From the IMG/VR virus record IMGVR_UViG_3300025135_000004: a stretch of 64,000 nt of DNA. One strand, written 5' to 3'. Origin of the DNA: an uncultured virus (IMG/VR IMGVR_UViG_3300025135_000004). Taxonomy: Duplodnaviria; Heunggongvirae; Uroviricota; Caudoviricetes. Position numbers and translations under genes: made by a program. The notes below the pieces were generated by a model that was not told where the DNA came from, made no database searches, and worked only from the letters and a program-made list of their open reading frames with translations. Numbering within the stretch: position 1 is the stretch's first letter; each line of letters opens with the position of its first letter. Shown here piece by piece: positions 30,921 to 40,864 of this stretch.

Positions 30921-32309
30921 TTATATTGACAACCTATCTGTTCTTAATAGCGTAAAGTGTCTGTTTGTTGAAGTGGCTGTTGCCGCATCAGTTCTCCACC
31001 TGATTTCAACAGTTGAAGTTGTTGTTATTGTAAGTGGAAATCCAGCTAAGTCAACACCAGCAATAATATTTGCCTGAACACCCCCTCTTTGCCAAATTCT
31101 TTCTGATGCGACCACTTGTGTCCCATTAACATAAATTGAAATCCAAATATTCGAGTTAGTTGAGTTATGAGAAAGTGAAGTTCCAAAGTTAGCTAAATAT
31201 TCACCAGTTTGAACGTTAGTAAACTGAAGAGAAGTCATCAAGACATCTGTTGCGGATGTTGTACTTAAACCACCAGAAACAACCACCTTATTTGTTATTA
31301 AAGAGTCTGTCTTAAGTGCATTGTTATTGTACTCATTAAGCGTTAGATGGTAGTATTGATTCGCTTGACCACCTTGTAAGCCTGATAAATCGTTGTGGGA
31401 CTGAATAGAATAGTCTATTATTTTTTCTGCAGACCATATATCAGAATTAGTTAATCCACTGTCATTAAACTTATATCCAGAACTAATTATTGATTGTCCG
31501 CTATAGGTTAATATTTCACTATTAGTGAAACCAGTATTATTTGTACCACCCCTTTCTACTGATAATACACCATCCCAAGAAATATTAAAGGTGTGAGTAT
31601 TACTAACGCTGTTTATTGCTAATTTTAAGTTAGCATCATCATTCGTGTCAAAAAACTGAACAGCTCCTGCTAAATTATTTAAGGATGTTATACCAGTTCC
31701 AGAAGATACAAAATTAAAAAAGTCAATTATTTTATCCGCAGACCAAATATCATTTTGAGTTATACCAGAATCGTTAAATATATAATTTGAAGCTATTACT
31801 GAATCATTATCTGAACCTATTGTAATGATTCTGTTAGCATTAAATGTGTCTGAATCTATAGTGTAATCATTAATACTTAAAACACCGTTTATAGTCAACC
31901 CACTTAATTCATCAATTATAGCAGAGTAATTTGAGCCATCATTTTGACTTATTGTAAAAGAGTTTGGTGTGTATGTAAAACCAGTTACAAAAGTATCAGT
32001 TGAACCGCTTATTCCAGTAAGATTTGAGCCATCCCCAAAATATGTTGTTGCGCTTACAATATTTAATATTGAATTTCCAGTGATAATTAAATCACCACTT
32101 ACCGTACCCCCTGTAAGTCCCAAAAATGAATTTGAGCCATATTCGAATACATTTACGCCATCAAATCCCCACAAAGTATGGTCTGCAAGGTTGGAGGCAA
32201 GCTCACCAGATTTTATGAAATTAAGTTCATTTCCAGTGGTTCCCGTAGGAATCTTGCCAGGTACAGAGGTTCTTTTCGTTATTAAACGAGCATCTCTTAA
32301 TTCTGCCAT
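30921..32309 (-). CDS. Tail fibre-like protein
   Basis: N-terminal KRTSVPGKIP..GELASNLAD, YFGDGSNLTGI, repeated DIWSAxKIID, HNDLSGLQGG...YYHLT; Gly/Ser/Thr-rich. Confidence 0.7.
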   Translation of the reverse strand: MAELRDARLITKRTSVPGKIPTGTTGNELNFIKSGELASNLADHTLWGFDGVNVFEYGSNSFLGLTGGTVSGDLIITGNSILNIVSATTYFGDGSNLTGISGSTDTFVTGFTYTPNSFTISQNDGSNYSAIIDELSGLTINGVLSINDYTIDSDTFNANRIITIGSDNDSVIASNYIFNDSGITQNDIWSADKIIDFFNFVSSGTGITSLNNLAGAVQFFDTNDDANLKLAINSVSNTHTFNISWDGVLSVERGGTNNTGFTNSEILTYSGQSIISSGYKFNDSGLTNSDIWSAEKIIDYSIQSHNDLSGLQGGQANQYYHLTLNEYNNNALKTDSLITNKVVVSGGLSTTSATDVLMTSLQFTNVQTGEYLANFGTSLSHNSTNSNIWISIYVNGTQVVASERIWQRGGVQANIIAGVDLAGFPLTITTTSTVEIRWRTDAATATSTNRHFTLLRTDRLSI

Positions 32310-32479
32310 GTTGAATTATATAATTCTTTATTAAAAAATCAGCCTATTTAGCTATATGTAGAGTTATTTAACCCTTGTCAATAAATAGGCTAATAATTCT
32401 TTAATTAAAAAAGAATCGAATTAAAAATTTTTTTTTCTACTTATTTATTAATAAACAAAACAACTAACAAAATACTATT

Positions 32480-32968
32480 ATGGCTGACATGTTTAGACCC
32501 GTTCCAATCGAACAGGAACCAAAAAGAAAGAATAGATTTGTGTTGGAATTTCCAACAGAGCTTGGTATCGAGTCATTCTTGGTACAGACTTCTGGAAAGC
32601 CATCACTTGAAATCGGTTCTACAGAGATTCCATATATGAACACATCAACTTTCGTTGCTGGTCGTTCAATATGGCAAACAATCGACATTACGTTTATTGA
32701 CGTAATCGGACCATCTACTACACAGAAGATTATGGAATGGGTTAGACTTCACTTCGAATCTGCTACTGGTAGAATGGGTTATGCAATTGGATACAAGAAA
32801 AACCTTGTTCTTAAGGCTCTTGACCCAACAGGTGTTGAAGTTGAAAAGTGGACTCTTATTGGATGTCAAATCACAAGTGCATCATTTGATGATTATGACT
32901 ACAGTGCAGATGACCTTGCAATGGTAAACATTACCATCCAACCAGACAGATGTCTGCTTGCTGCATAA
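32480..32968 (+). CDS. gp19: Tail tube protein (T4 gp19-like)
   Basis: EPKRKNRF, IPYMN...AGRSIWQTIDITF, GRMGYAIGYKK...LDPTGVEVEKWTLIG. Confidence 0.85.
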   Translation: MADMFRPVPIEQEPKRKNRFVLEFPTELGIESFLVQTSGKPSLEIGSTEIPYMNTSTFVAGRSIWQTIDITFIDVIGPSTTQKIMEWVRLHFESATGRMGYAIGYKKNLVLKALDPTGVEVEKWTLIGCQITSASFDDYDYSADDLAMVNITIQPDRCLLAA

Positions 32969-32992
32969 CATTTTATATTTTCAAAATATTAA

Positions 32993-33037
32993 CGCAAACC
33001 TTGGGTGCCTATTGAGCGTTCAAGGTTTGTTTTTTTA
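32993..33037 (+). terminator. Intrinsic terminator after tail tube gene
   Basis: GCAAACCTTG...CAAGGTTTGT followed by a T-tract. Confidence 0.7.
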
Positions 33038-33045
33038 ATACAAAT

Positions 33046-33423
33046 ATGGGACTTTTAAGGTTATATAGAAAATTTTACCGTGTGTCAACAGCTGACGCTT
33101 CAAATGTCTATGTACCCATAACACCTACATCTGTTACAGCTGAAACATATGTCGCTGGAACTGGTGGTACCCACTCAAACACATTAATTGAATCTGGAAT
33201 TCCTTTAACAGAGGAAGAGCCTGGGATATTTTATGCAGACCTTAATCCAACATTATATTCCTCTGACGTAACTTATGACTTGGTTTTCTATGTTCAGTAT
33301 ACACCGCTTGCACCAATTGACAAAAAACTTATAACAAGGTTTAGAATTATGCCATTCAATATTGCAAATCAACTTGATTATGAAATTCTAAGTGTTTACC
33401 CTATAGATATTGATGTACTTTAA
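33046..33423 (+). CDS. Hypothetical virion protein
   Basis: 125-aa ORF following the tube gene. Confidence 0.55.
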   Translation: MGLLRLYRKFYRVSTADASNVYVPITPTSVTAETYVAGTGGTHSNTLIESGIPLTEEEPGIFYADLNPTLYSSDVTYDLVFYVQYTPLAPIDKKLITRFRIMPFNIANQLDYEILSVYPIDIDVL

Positions 33424-33434
33424 AACTACTAACT

Positions 33435-33794
33435 ATGCCAATGAATAAAAGCACGTTTATTATTAAAAAAAACGACACACTTCCATCTCTTCAAGTTTGT
33501 TTGATAGATAAGGGGTGCCTTGGTGGTAAACAACCATTTAGCCTGGATGGCTTGACTGGGGTCACATTTACAATGGCAAGTAGTTGTGGGGACTACAAGA
33601 TTTTTGCTAAGACAGCTCAGATTGTATCATACTCTGGAGGAACAATTCAATATAATTGGGAAGCTGGAGATACCAATGAGTCTGGTAGATTCCTTGGAGA
33701 ATTTCAATTGCTATATTCAGATGGAAATAAATTATCAATTCCACAGAATGGTCAAATACAAATAGAGATACCAAAGGATGTTAATCCTTATTAA
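33435..33794 (+). CDS. BppU N-terminal-like baseplate/receptor-anchor domain protein
   Basis: IKKNDTLPSL...GTIQYNWEAGDT..SGRFLGEFQLLYSDG..SIP. Confidence 0.6.
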   Translation: MPMNKSTFIIKKNDTLPSLQVCLIDKGCLGGKQPFSLDGLTGVTFTMASSCGDYKIFAKTAQIVSYSGGTIQYNWEAGDTNESGRFLGEFQLLYSDGNKLSIPQNGQIQIEIPKDVNPY

Positions 33795-34176
33795 TTTCTC
33801 CAAAAATATTAAGCTGAGTCCCTGTTGTTTTAGATGACAGGGACTTTTCTTTTATCTTCATTTCTACTACTTCCTTTATTACATCTCCATGGCAAGACTT
33901 GGGCTTGCAGTAACACGATAGGCATACTTCTTTCTCCTGGGCCAAAGTATATATTTGATTCAGCAAGTTACATACTTTTTCTTCTTTTTTTTCTATGCAC
34001 TCAAGAAGATATTTTCTAAAGCTCTCAATACTCTCCTTTCTTGAGCCTACAACGAATTTAGCAAGCGTATCTCGACCCTGTATGCTTGTGTAAGGATTTC
34101 CCAACGCAGAGCCTCTTCCAATATAAATCACGTTATCGTGATTATCTGAATCTTTCTTGTGAATCACTTTAATCAT
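33781..34176 (-). CDS. DUF4326-family protein
   Basis: IYIGRGSALGNPY...LSCYCKPKSCHGDVI. Confidence 0.8.
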   Translation of the reverse strand: MIKVIHKKDSDNHDNVIYIGRGSALGNPYTSIQGRDTLAKFVVGSRKESIESFRKYLLECIEKKEEKVCNLLNQIYTLAQEKEVCLSCYCKPKSCHGDVIKEVVEMKIKEKSLSSKTTGTQLNIFGEINKD

Positions 34177-34192
34177 AATGCAAAAGTGTAAA

Positions 34193-34975
34193 TTATTCCT
34201 TATACTTCCAAATGAAACCTCCAGAAGATTTCAACTCACCTCTTGCTGCTGAAGCTACATTTCCTATATGAAAACCACCTTCTTTTACTTGCGATAAAAA
34301 TTCATATTCTTTAATTAAATCACCTTCTTTATTAAATTGTAGCAAAATTTTTCTTTGACTTGATTCTTTACCATAATTTGGATTATTTTCTCCAAGCTGA
34401 GTATACCCTTTTCCATAAAAAGGATTCTTCTCTCCAATATTAGCTTGTCTTATTTTTTCTTTTGTCTTCTCAGAATGTTCCCTACCTTTTTGTGACTCAG
34501 ATGCATTTTCTCTCATTTCACTCGCTTTATCTTCTCCATAAATTTCAACCCATGATTTTCCTTTCCTGGATTTAGACATATTTTCTTTTTGTTCATCAGA
34601 CCACTTATTTCCATAATTAGGATTATTTTCTCCAGAAGTAGCTTTACTTAATTTGCTTTTGACATAATCATTGTGTTCATTAAGAAGTGGGTCCTTTAGA
34701 TTATAAGTATCTTTACTATTGATTCCTCCATAGTAGTCAATCCAAAACTTCTCTCGTAAATTTAAAGTAGACAAATCTTCTACTTCTTCTAAAATTTCAA
34801 AAACAAATTTATCTTCACCGTGTTTATTAAAAGACCTTTGCAAATGCTCATTGTGATGCTCGTTTCTTTTAATTCTATACAAGTGAATATTATATCTTGT
34901 TTTCAAATTCTCTGCCTGTCCAATATAGACCCTTCCATTAGTTGTATTTGTTATTTTATAAATTCCTGATTTCAT
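34193..34975 (-). CDS. GIY-YIG homing endonuclease with NUMOD3/NUMOD1-type DNA-binding repeats
   Basis: MKSGIYKITNTTNGRVYIGQA; GENNPNYG-type motif three times; HSEKTKEKIR; GGFIWKY. Start placed at 34975, behind a TATTTATA motif. Confidence 0.9.
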   Translation of the reverse strand: MKSGIYKITNTTNGRVYIGQAENLKTRYNIHLYRIKRNEHHNEHLQRSFNKHGEDKFVFEILEEVEDLSTLNLREKFWIDYYGGINSKDTYNLKDPLLNEHNDYVKSKLSKATSGENNPNYGNKWSDEQKENMSKSRKGKSWVEIYGEDKASEMRENASESQKGREHSEKTKEKIRQANIGEKNPFYGKGYTQLGENNPNYGKESSQRKILLQFNKEGDLIKEYEFLSQVKEGGFHIGNVASAARGELKSSGGFIWKYKE

Positions 34976-35000
34976 ACTAAGTTTTAAATTAATTATAAAT

Positions 35001-35034
35001 AAAAAAGACAAAGCAATCAAGCTTTGTCTTTTTA
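35001..35034 (-). terminator. Intrinsic terminator after tail fibre gene
   Basis: AAAAAGACAAAGC-AATCAA-GCTTTGTCTTTTT. Confidence 0.75.
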
Positions 35035-35063
35035 AATAGTTTAAAATTTAGTAAATTCCGCCA

Positions 35064-37166
35064 TCAATATGACCCACCATCAATAATATCCGTTTCTACT
35101 ATAACCCTCAATCCATTAGGAGCAGATGCTGTTCCAGTCTCTCTAATTCTTAGGTCAAATAAGTTTGTTGAGAATGAACGATTATTTAGACCAGTGGCAG
35201 CTCCTCTAATATCCCAAATAACATCTGTTCCCGCTGTGCCTGAACCATCTTGAATTGACCAACCAGCTCCAAGAGACGTTGATTCTGTGGATGCTGTTGG
35301 ATTGTAGTTAAGTTCAATGAAGTTATCTTCAATATAAAGCTCTGAAGTAAATCCGCTTATAGCGTCTCCAATAATAAGAACATCTCCATATATTGTAGCT
35401 GTCGTTCCTGTATCTCCTGGATTACCAATTTGAATATTTCCAGCCTTAAGAAGATTTACTGCTTGGTCATATTCAAAGCCAGTTTCATCAATAAGCTCTC
35501 CGCCTGTTCCAACATATACAACTCTTCCAGCTGTCAAACTTGAATTTGAAATGCCAGTAACTGTAAGTGCTCCCGTAAGGTCAAGGTCTTGTGCGAAAAC
35601 TGTGCTCCATCTTGAACCTGTTGAACCGAGTTCATAATCAAGGTTTGAATTTGGAAGTACATTGTTATTAATTGAAAGGTTTCCAGAAAAATCAAACAAC
35701 ATGTCTCCAGTTGTTGAAGAGAATAAGTTGTCCTCAATTACTGTTGTGGATGTTCCGATGCTAACTTTTCTTGTGAACACTTCATCCCACCTTTTTCCTA
35801 CAGCACCAAGTGTGTATGTTAAGTGGGCGCTTGGAAGAAGGTTACTATCTACTTCAACTTGTGTTGCTGCGGCAATTGTGAAAATTCCATCATCAACAAT
35901 CGTTCCACCAGAATACTGAGTGCCATTTGTTGTAAGATTTCCATTAACTGTAAGAACATCCGTTCCTGAGTTATATGTCATCCCATCGTCATCTGAAAGT
36001 AATCCTCCAGCTCCTGCAAATACAACCCTTGTGTTTGTAAGACCAGTAACAGTAACAGTTCCTTTAAAAGTTGAGGCTCCTGATGTAGTCAATCCATTAA
36101 TTGAAGGTGAGTCAACAAGACTAATAATTGGTTCATTAGCTGTTCCTCCAGTCACAATATTTGTTCCTGCCTGAACTCTTGTTATGTCGTTTGTGTCTTC
36201 TGTGACAAATATGTCATAAAGGTCTGTTGTACCTGATTGAATTGCTCCAGTGAAATTTGCTCCAGCAAAAGTTGATGTACCTGAAGTTGTAATCTGATTA
36301 AAACTTGGTGAGTCAACAACTGAAACATGATAATCGTTTCCAGATTGCTGAACATTTATATTTGAACCTGCACTCACACTTGTTCCCGATACATCTCCAA
36401 AAGTTAAGAAAATGTCATAAAGGTCTGTTCCGCCAGAGTATATTGTAGATGCACTTAATTCATCAACAACTATATCGCCTCCAGTCGCAACACCTGAGAA
36501 AGAAACATTGTTAAAACTTGGTGAATCAACAACGCTAATTATTGGATTGTTCGCTGTTCCTCCAGTCACAATATTTGTTCCTGCTTGAACTCTTGTTATG
36601 TCATCTGTATTCTCAGTTACAAATATAGAATAAAGGTCTGTTCCGCCCGATTGAATAGCTCCAGTGAAATTTGCCCCTGCAAAAGTTGATGAGCCTGAGG
36701 TTGTAACTTGATTAAAACTTGGAGAGTCAACAACATTAACAGTTGGGTTATCTGGAGTTCCACCAGTATATGTATTAACACCTGGCTGAACTCTTGTGGT
36801 TACTCCTTGAATATCTGATATATTACCAAGAACAAAGCCGTTGGTTGTACCAGAAAGAAATTTACCACCAAGACCAGCTCCAGATACACCACCATAAGTA
36901 GATATTAATCCAGTGCCACCGCTGATAATAAAGTTATCATTAATATTAAACCTGTTTGATACATATGAATTGTAAAGTGTTGACCCTACTTCAAAAATTC
37001 CAGATTGTGCTGAAGCTTCATAATCACCCCCAGTTACTCCTGAAAACCTAAGAACACCATTGTATAGGTTTACAAATGGTTCACCAAATAATGCATCTCC
37101 AGGTATGGAACCTCCAGTTACTTGTCTATCTCTTACTTTAATTGTTGCTTGTCTAATTTCAGCCAT
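35064..37166 (-). CDS. Tail fibre protein with internal ~69-aa repeats
   Basis: Repeated TRVQxGxNxxTGGT..NP.IS.VDSPSFN; LTxxRVVxxGxGGxLxD; YxLGxxGxRW; C-terminal IDGGSY. Confidence 0.75.
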   Translation of the reverse strand: MAEIRQATIKVRDRQVTGGSIPGDALFGEPFVNLYNGVLRFSGVTGGDYEASAQSGIFEVGSTLYNSYVSNRFNINDNFIISGGTGLISTYGGVSGAGLGGKFLSGTTNGFVLGNISDIQGVTTRVQPGVNTYTGGTPDNPTVNVVDSPSFNQVTTSGSSTFAGANFTGAIQSGGTDLYSIFVTENTDDITRVQAGTNIVTGGTANNPIISVVDSPSFNNVSFSGVATGGDIVVDELSASTIYSGGTDLYDIFLTFGDVSGTSVSAGSNINVQQSGNDYHVSVVDSPSFNQITTSGTSTFAGANFTGAIQSGTTDLYDIFVTEDTNDITRVQAGTNIVTGGTANEPIISLVDSPSINGLTTSGASTFKGTVTVTGLTNTRVVFAGAGGLLSDDDGMTYNSGTDVLTVNGNLTTNGTQYSGGTIVDDGIFTIAAATQVEVDSNLLPSAHLTYTLGAVGKRWDEVFTRKVSIGTSTTVIEDNLFSSTTGDMLFDFSGNLSINNNVLPNSNLDYELGSTGSRWSTVFAQDLDLTGALTVTGISNSSLTAGRVVYVGTGGELIDETGFEYDQAVNLLKAGNIQIGNPGDTGTTATIYGDVLIIGDAISGFTSELYIEDNFIELNYNPTASTESTSLGAGWSIQDGSGTAGTDVIWDIRGAATGLNNRSFSTNLFDLRIRETGTASAPNGLRVIVETDIIDGGSY
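36140..36735 (-). repeat. Near-identical intragenic direct repeat, period 414 nt
   Basis: ctgttcctccagtcacaatatttgttcctgcytgaactcttgttatgtc at about 36140 and 36554, continuing through ccagtgaaatttgc...gcaaaagttgatg. Confidence 0.85.
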
Positions 37167-37205
37167 TTTTTGCTTTTTATTGTTTATTAATAAATATGTT
37201 TTTTT

Positions 37206-37682
37206 TTACCAAACTCCACCATCAATACAGTTTCCTGATAAAATAATATTATGCTCAGTTACCAATGTACTTCCAAGTTCCAGTTGTGCTGTTTTAACCC
37301 TTGTTGATGCTGTAAAATTAACTGCTACACCATCTACTACATTAAGACTTCTAAATCTTCTCACAGGACTACCAAGGCTAACAGTATTATCTGTTGTTGG
37401 CTCCATTGTAGTTATGATGTTTATTGTATCCGCAGTAGTTGAGCCAACAAAATTATAAGGACCCCCTGTTCCTCCTGAGAGTGGAAGGTAGTCTCCCTGA
37501 GTTGTTTGGCCAGTTGCAATATTTCTAATTATTGTCTCAAGAGGCGTTGAACCAGAGAAAATTGTACCACCTGAAAAGCGCTCAGAATATACACCTTCTG
37601 TAAATACAGTATCCCCTGTCACAGTGCCCCCTGACAGGTTCAAAAATATTCTTTTTATTGGGTGAAAATATATTCCAGACAT
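37206..37682 (-). CDS. Short tail-fibre-related protein
   Basis: FLNLSGGTVTG, YLPLSGGT, SLGSPVRRF; C-terminal IDGGVW resembles the neighbouring fibre. Confidence 0.6.
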   Translation of the reverse strand: MSGIYFHPIKRIFLNLSGGTVTGDTVFTEGVYSERFSGGTIFSGSTPLETIIRNIATGQTTQGDYLPLSGGTGGPYNFVGSTTADTINIITTMEPTTDNTVSLGSPVRRFRSLNVVDGVAVNFTASTRVKTAQLELGSTLVTEHNIILSGNCIDGGVW

Positions 37683-37740
37683 CTTAAAATACAGCTTTTT
37701 ATATAAATAGAAATAGAAATCATTTTAGGGAGAGGTAACA

Positions 37741-37777
37741 AAAAAAAAGAGGACTTATTTTCAAATCCTCTTTTTTA
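37741..37777 (-). terminator. Intrinsic terminator after sheath gene
   Basis: AAAAAAGAGGA...TCCTCTTTTTT. Confidence 0.7.
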
Positions 37778-37794
37778 TTTTATGTTTTCTAATA

Positions 37795-40473
37795 TTAGAA
37801 ATCCTCAAACCTTGCACCAGTCGGAAGAACTTGGAACGTAAGGTCGATGAATTCAGCTGTTCTTGTAGGCTGAAGTTGAATCTTACCAACCAATGTATTT
37901 CTATCAATTGTGTCTGCAGTGTTATTAGAATCATCCATAACAACCTTGAACGCAGTAAGACCTCTTTGATTTTGAATCTGAAGAAGAATCGGCTCAACTT
38001 TTGCAAGGAACTGGTCTCTCAATGTTTGGTCGTTTTGTTCGAACAATAGTGTAAGAGATGCAGCAGATACCAATCTTCTAACTTGAAGAAGCAATCTTCT
38101 GATGTTAATTCTGTCAAGAGCAGATTGTCTAACTTGAAGAGTTTTTTGTCCCCAGATAACAACACCTTGTTGTACAAATGTTGCGATTGGGTTAACTCTA
38201 CCTTGGTAAAGCGTATCTCTTTGGTTATTGTTCAATCTAACGTCAGCTCTAACAATTTGTGGTCCAGCAAGACCTCTGTTAAGACCTGCAGGAGCGAACC
38301 ATGGCGCAGCTACATTATCTGTAAGTGCATAAGTTTGAACCGCAAGCATTGTAGGAGCTTGATAAGTATATTTACCAGAGTTAGGGTCTTCAATTTGAAC
38401 CCATGGCCAGTATGTAGCAGCGTAGTTGCTGTCGATACCAGTTGCCTCAAGTCTTGAAACCACTTCTTCTGCTGTTCCTTTTATAGAACCTGAAGTAAGC
38501 CTTGGTGCATCCATTACATAGATTGCATCAGTTCTATCTTCTACAATGTCAAGAGCATATCTAACGATTGTTCTGTTATTGCTGAAGTCAACACCTGGAG
38601 TAGCAAGAACATTAATGTCTACTATTTCTGGATTAGCTATTTCATCAAGAGCTGACTTAAATGCATTTACATTTGATGTATAAGCATCTGTGAACTCATC
38701 AAAAAGCTCTGCGTATGATTGGTATTTATCCCATCCATCAAATCCACCTGCAGGAACCAAAGTAAACTTCAATTTATTTCTGTCGATAAGAGTTTGAGCA
38801 GCATTTGTATATCCAGTAAGTGAATCAACGTCTCCAGTAACGAAATCATTTGAATTCGCTGTATTCTCAAGGTGGAAACCTTTAATCACTCTTCTATCAG
38901 CTGATTCTCCTCCTTCGTAAACAAATAAGTCTAACTCGATATTCTTAACTGCATTTCTTGTAGAAACTTCATTAGCAGTAAAGTTAGTGTATCCAAGTTC
39001 AGAAATTCCAAGGAATGTTTTAAATACTGAGTCACCAGAAAGGTATCCTGTCTTGTAATAGATGTCAGCCGAAGTTGAACCTGATAAACCAGACTCTCTT
39101 AAGCTATAACCTCTAAATCCAGCAGGAACAGTGTTTCTTGGGAAAGAAGGTGCCAAGTCAATTGTAATGAAATTTGATTTTCTTGGATATTCTTCATCTG
39201 TTGTACCGATTACCTTAGCGATGTAATTTGAGTCTTCTTCTCTAAGAGAAAGATTAGACCATCTTTCAAGCGCTGTTGATGATGCAGTAGCATCTGTATC
39301 TTCAAATCTTCTTACGATGATGTCAAAAGTGTAATTGTTAATGTCGATATTTGCAATCGAAATCTTAATTTCATTATTAGATGCATCACCATCAGAGATA
39401 GTTTGAACTCTAAATAGATTTTTTACGTCTCCACCAATAACTCTTGATACCACCCAAGGTGTTACAGCGTTAGTGTATGAATTTTGAAAATCTGTATATG
39501 AAGTTTCTTCAGTGTAAACAAGCTCTGGATTAATATTTCGAATATCTTTTACTGATTCTGCTTGTCTAATGAAGTGAGGATAAATTCTCTCTACATAAAG
39601 ATTTGAAGTTCCTTCAATCACTTCAGGGTTTTTACCAAGAATCTTCACAATGTAATCTTCTCTTGTTTCGTCAAGTGAAATAGTGAAACCGCTATTTGTT
39701 TGTGCTGTAAGTGGACCAGTAGTTGCACTCAACATGAATGAACCAAGGGTTGTAGTTATAGCGCCAATAGTTACATCACTCTGTTCATCGAGATAAAAAG
39801 AATTTGTAATTTGATTTCTCTTACTTCTAAGAACTGCAAGTGTAGCACCAGATTTTGGAGTTGGCTCAACGTCTGACACAACAAGTGACCACGTTCCATC
39901 TCCAAGAGTTGTAACAGTATCGCTTGTAGTTGTAATTCCAAGAGCAACATAATCTGGGTCTAAAGAAAGGGCTGTATTAACTTCGCTTGAAATTACTGTA
40001 CCGCTATAGTTAATTACAACATCATTTCCAACTGTATATGCACTCACTGTTCCATCGGCCATTGTAGACTCTGTGATAGAAGAGAAGTTGTAAGTAATTG
40101 GAGCAAGAGCGCCTGTCTTAGTAAATGTAAGTCCACTAAATGTTGATGTTCCTGAAAAAGTTTCTGATAAACCAGCAACTATTAACCAAGCTGGTGAATT
40201 TTCAAAACCACTGGTACCAAGAACTCTGGTAACAGTTAATTCATTAGACTGTGCTAAGAATGAATTAGCCACGTATGGTAGTGGATAATCTGGGTCAGTA
40301 GACCCGAATCTAAGCAAGTAGTCATCTGTAGTTCTTATTTTAATTGGTTCGAAGGCTGGTCCCTTAAGGGTTTTTCCTACAACTCCCAATCTTGTAATAC
40401 CTATTCTTGATGCAAAGATTGTGAAGTCTTGCTCTCTTGTGAAAACACCAGGTGAAACAAATATTGTTGCCAT
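37795..40473 (-). CDS. gp18: Contractile tail sheath protein (T4 gp18-like)
   Basis: FVSPGVFTREQD, GKTLKGPAFEP, YAATYWPW, PWFAPAGLNRG, WGQKTLQ...LDRINIRRL, AEFIDLTF. Confidence 0.95.
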   Translation of the reverse strand: MATIFVSPGVFTREQDFTIFASRIGITRLGVVGKTLKGPAFEPIKIRTTDDYLLRFGSTDPDYPLPYVANSFLAQSNELTVTRVLGTSGFENSPAWLIVAGLSETFSGTSTFSGLTFTKTGALAPITYNFSSITESTMADGTVSAYTVGNDVVINYSGTVISSEVNTALSLDPDYVALGITTTSDTVTTLGDGTWSLVVSDVEPTPKSGATLAVLRSKRNQITNSFYLDEQSDVTIGAITTTLGSFMLSATTGPLTAQTNSGFTISLDETREDYIVKILGKNPEVIEGTSNLYVERIYPHFIRQAESVKDIRNINPELVYTEETSYTDFQNSYTNAVTPWVVSRVIGGDVKNLFRVQTISDGDASNNEIKISIANIDINNYTFDIIVRRFEDTDATASSTALERWSNLSLREEDSNYIAKVIGTTDEEYPRKSNFITIDLAPSFPRNTVPAGFRGYSLRESGLSGSTSADIYYKTGYLSGDSVFKTFLGISELGYTNFTANEVSTRNAVKNIELDLFVYEGGESADRRVIKGFHLENTANSNDFVTGDVDSLTGYTNAAQTLIDRNKLKFTLVPAGGFDGWDKYQSYAELFDEFTDAYTSNVNAFKSALDEIANPEIVDINVLATPGVDFSNNRTIVRYALDIVEDRTDAIYVMDAPRLTSGSIKGTAEEVVSRLEATGIDSNYAATYWPWVQIEDPNSGKYTYQAPTMLAVQTYALTDNVAAPWFAPAGLNRGLAGPQIVRADVRLNNNQRDTLYQGRVNPIATFVQQGVVIWGQKTLQVRQSALDRINIRRLLLQVRRLVSAASLTLLFEQNDQTLRDQFLAKVEPILLQIQNQRGLTAFKVVMDDSNNTADTIDRNTLVGKIQLQPTRTAEFIDLTFQVLPTGARFEDF

Positions 40474-40511
40474 ATCGCTTTTATTAATTTTTGTTAGTTA
40501 CTTTCTATTTA

Positions 40512-40814
40512 TTATTCCTCGTTATCGGTATAATTCTTTACTTCTTTTTCAACTTTATCAAGAGAATCTTCAGTTTTACTTTTTTTAGTAGAAGATTTTT
40601 TCTTAGGAGCAACTTCTACATCAGCAATTACTGTTGTTTCGTTTACTACCTCAAAAAAACCTCTCTTGAAGTCTCCGCTGTTGAATATTTGTGATACATT
40701 ATTAAGACCTGGAATATCAACTGTTTGACCACCTGCAATCATGACCTTCATAGGCAATCCATTATCCTTATAATTGACATAATTTGCAGTGTTTTTCTTG
40801 TTCTTAATCTTCAT
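40512..40814 (-). CDS. Hypothetical protein upstream of sheath
   Basis: 100-aa ORF with TATTTATA upstream. Confidence 0.6.
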   Translation of the reverse strand: MKIKNKKNTANYVNYKDNGLPMKVMIAGGQTVDIPGLNNVSQIFNSGDFKRGFFEVVNETTVIADVEVAPKKKSSTKKSKTEDSLDKVEKEVKNYTDNEE

Positions 40815-40864
40815 ATACTCAAACTTTATTATAAATAGAAGAAAAAAGATAAAACATTATTGAA

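Noticed and set aside
34193..35020. Group I intron around the GIY-YIG gene; ORF-track start at 35020
   Set aside because: Flanking genes are intact and there is no room for an intron core. The extra N-terminal codons overlap a terminator, so 34975 is preferred.
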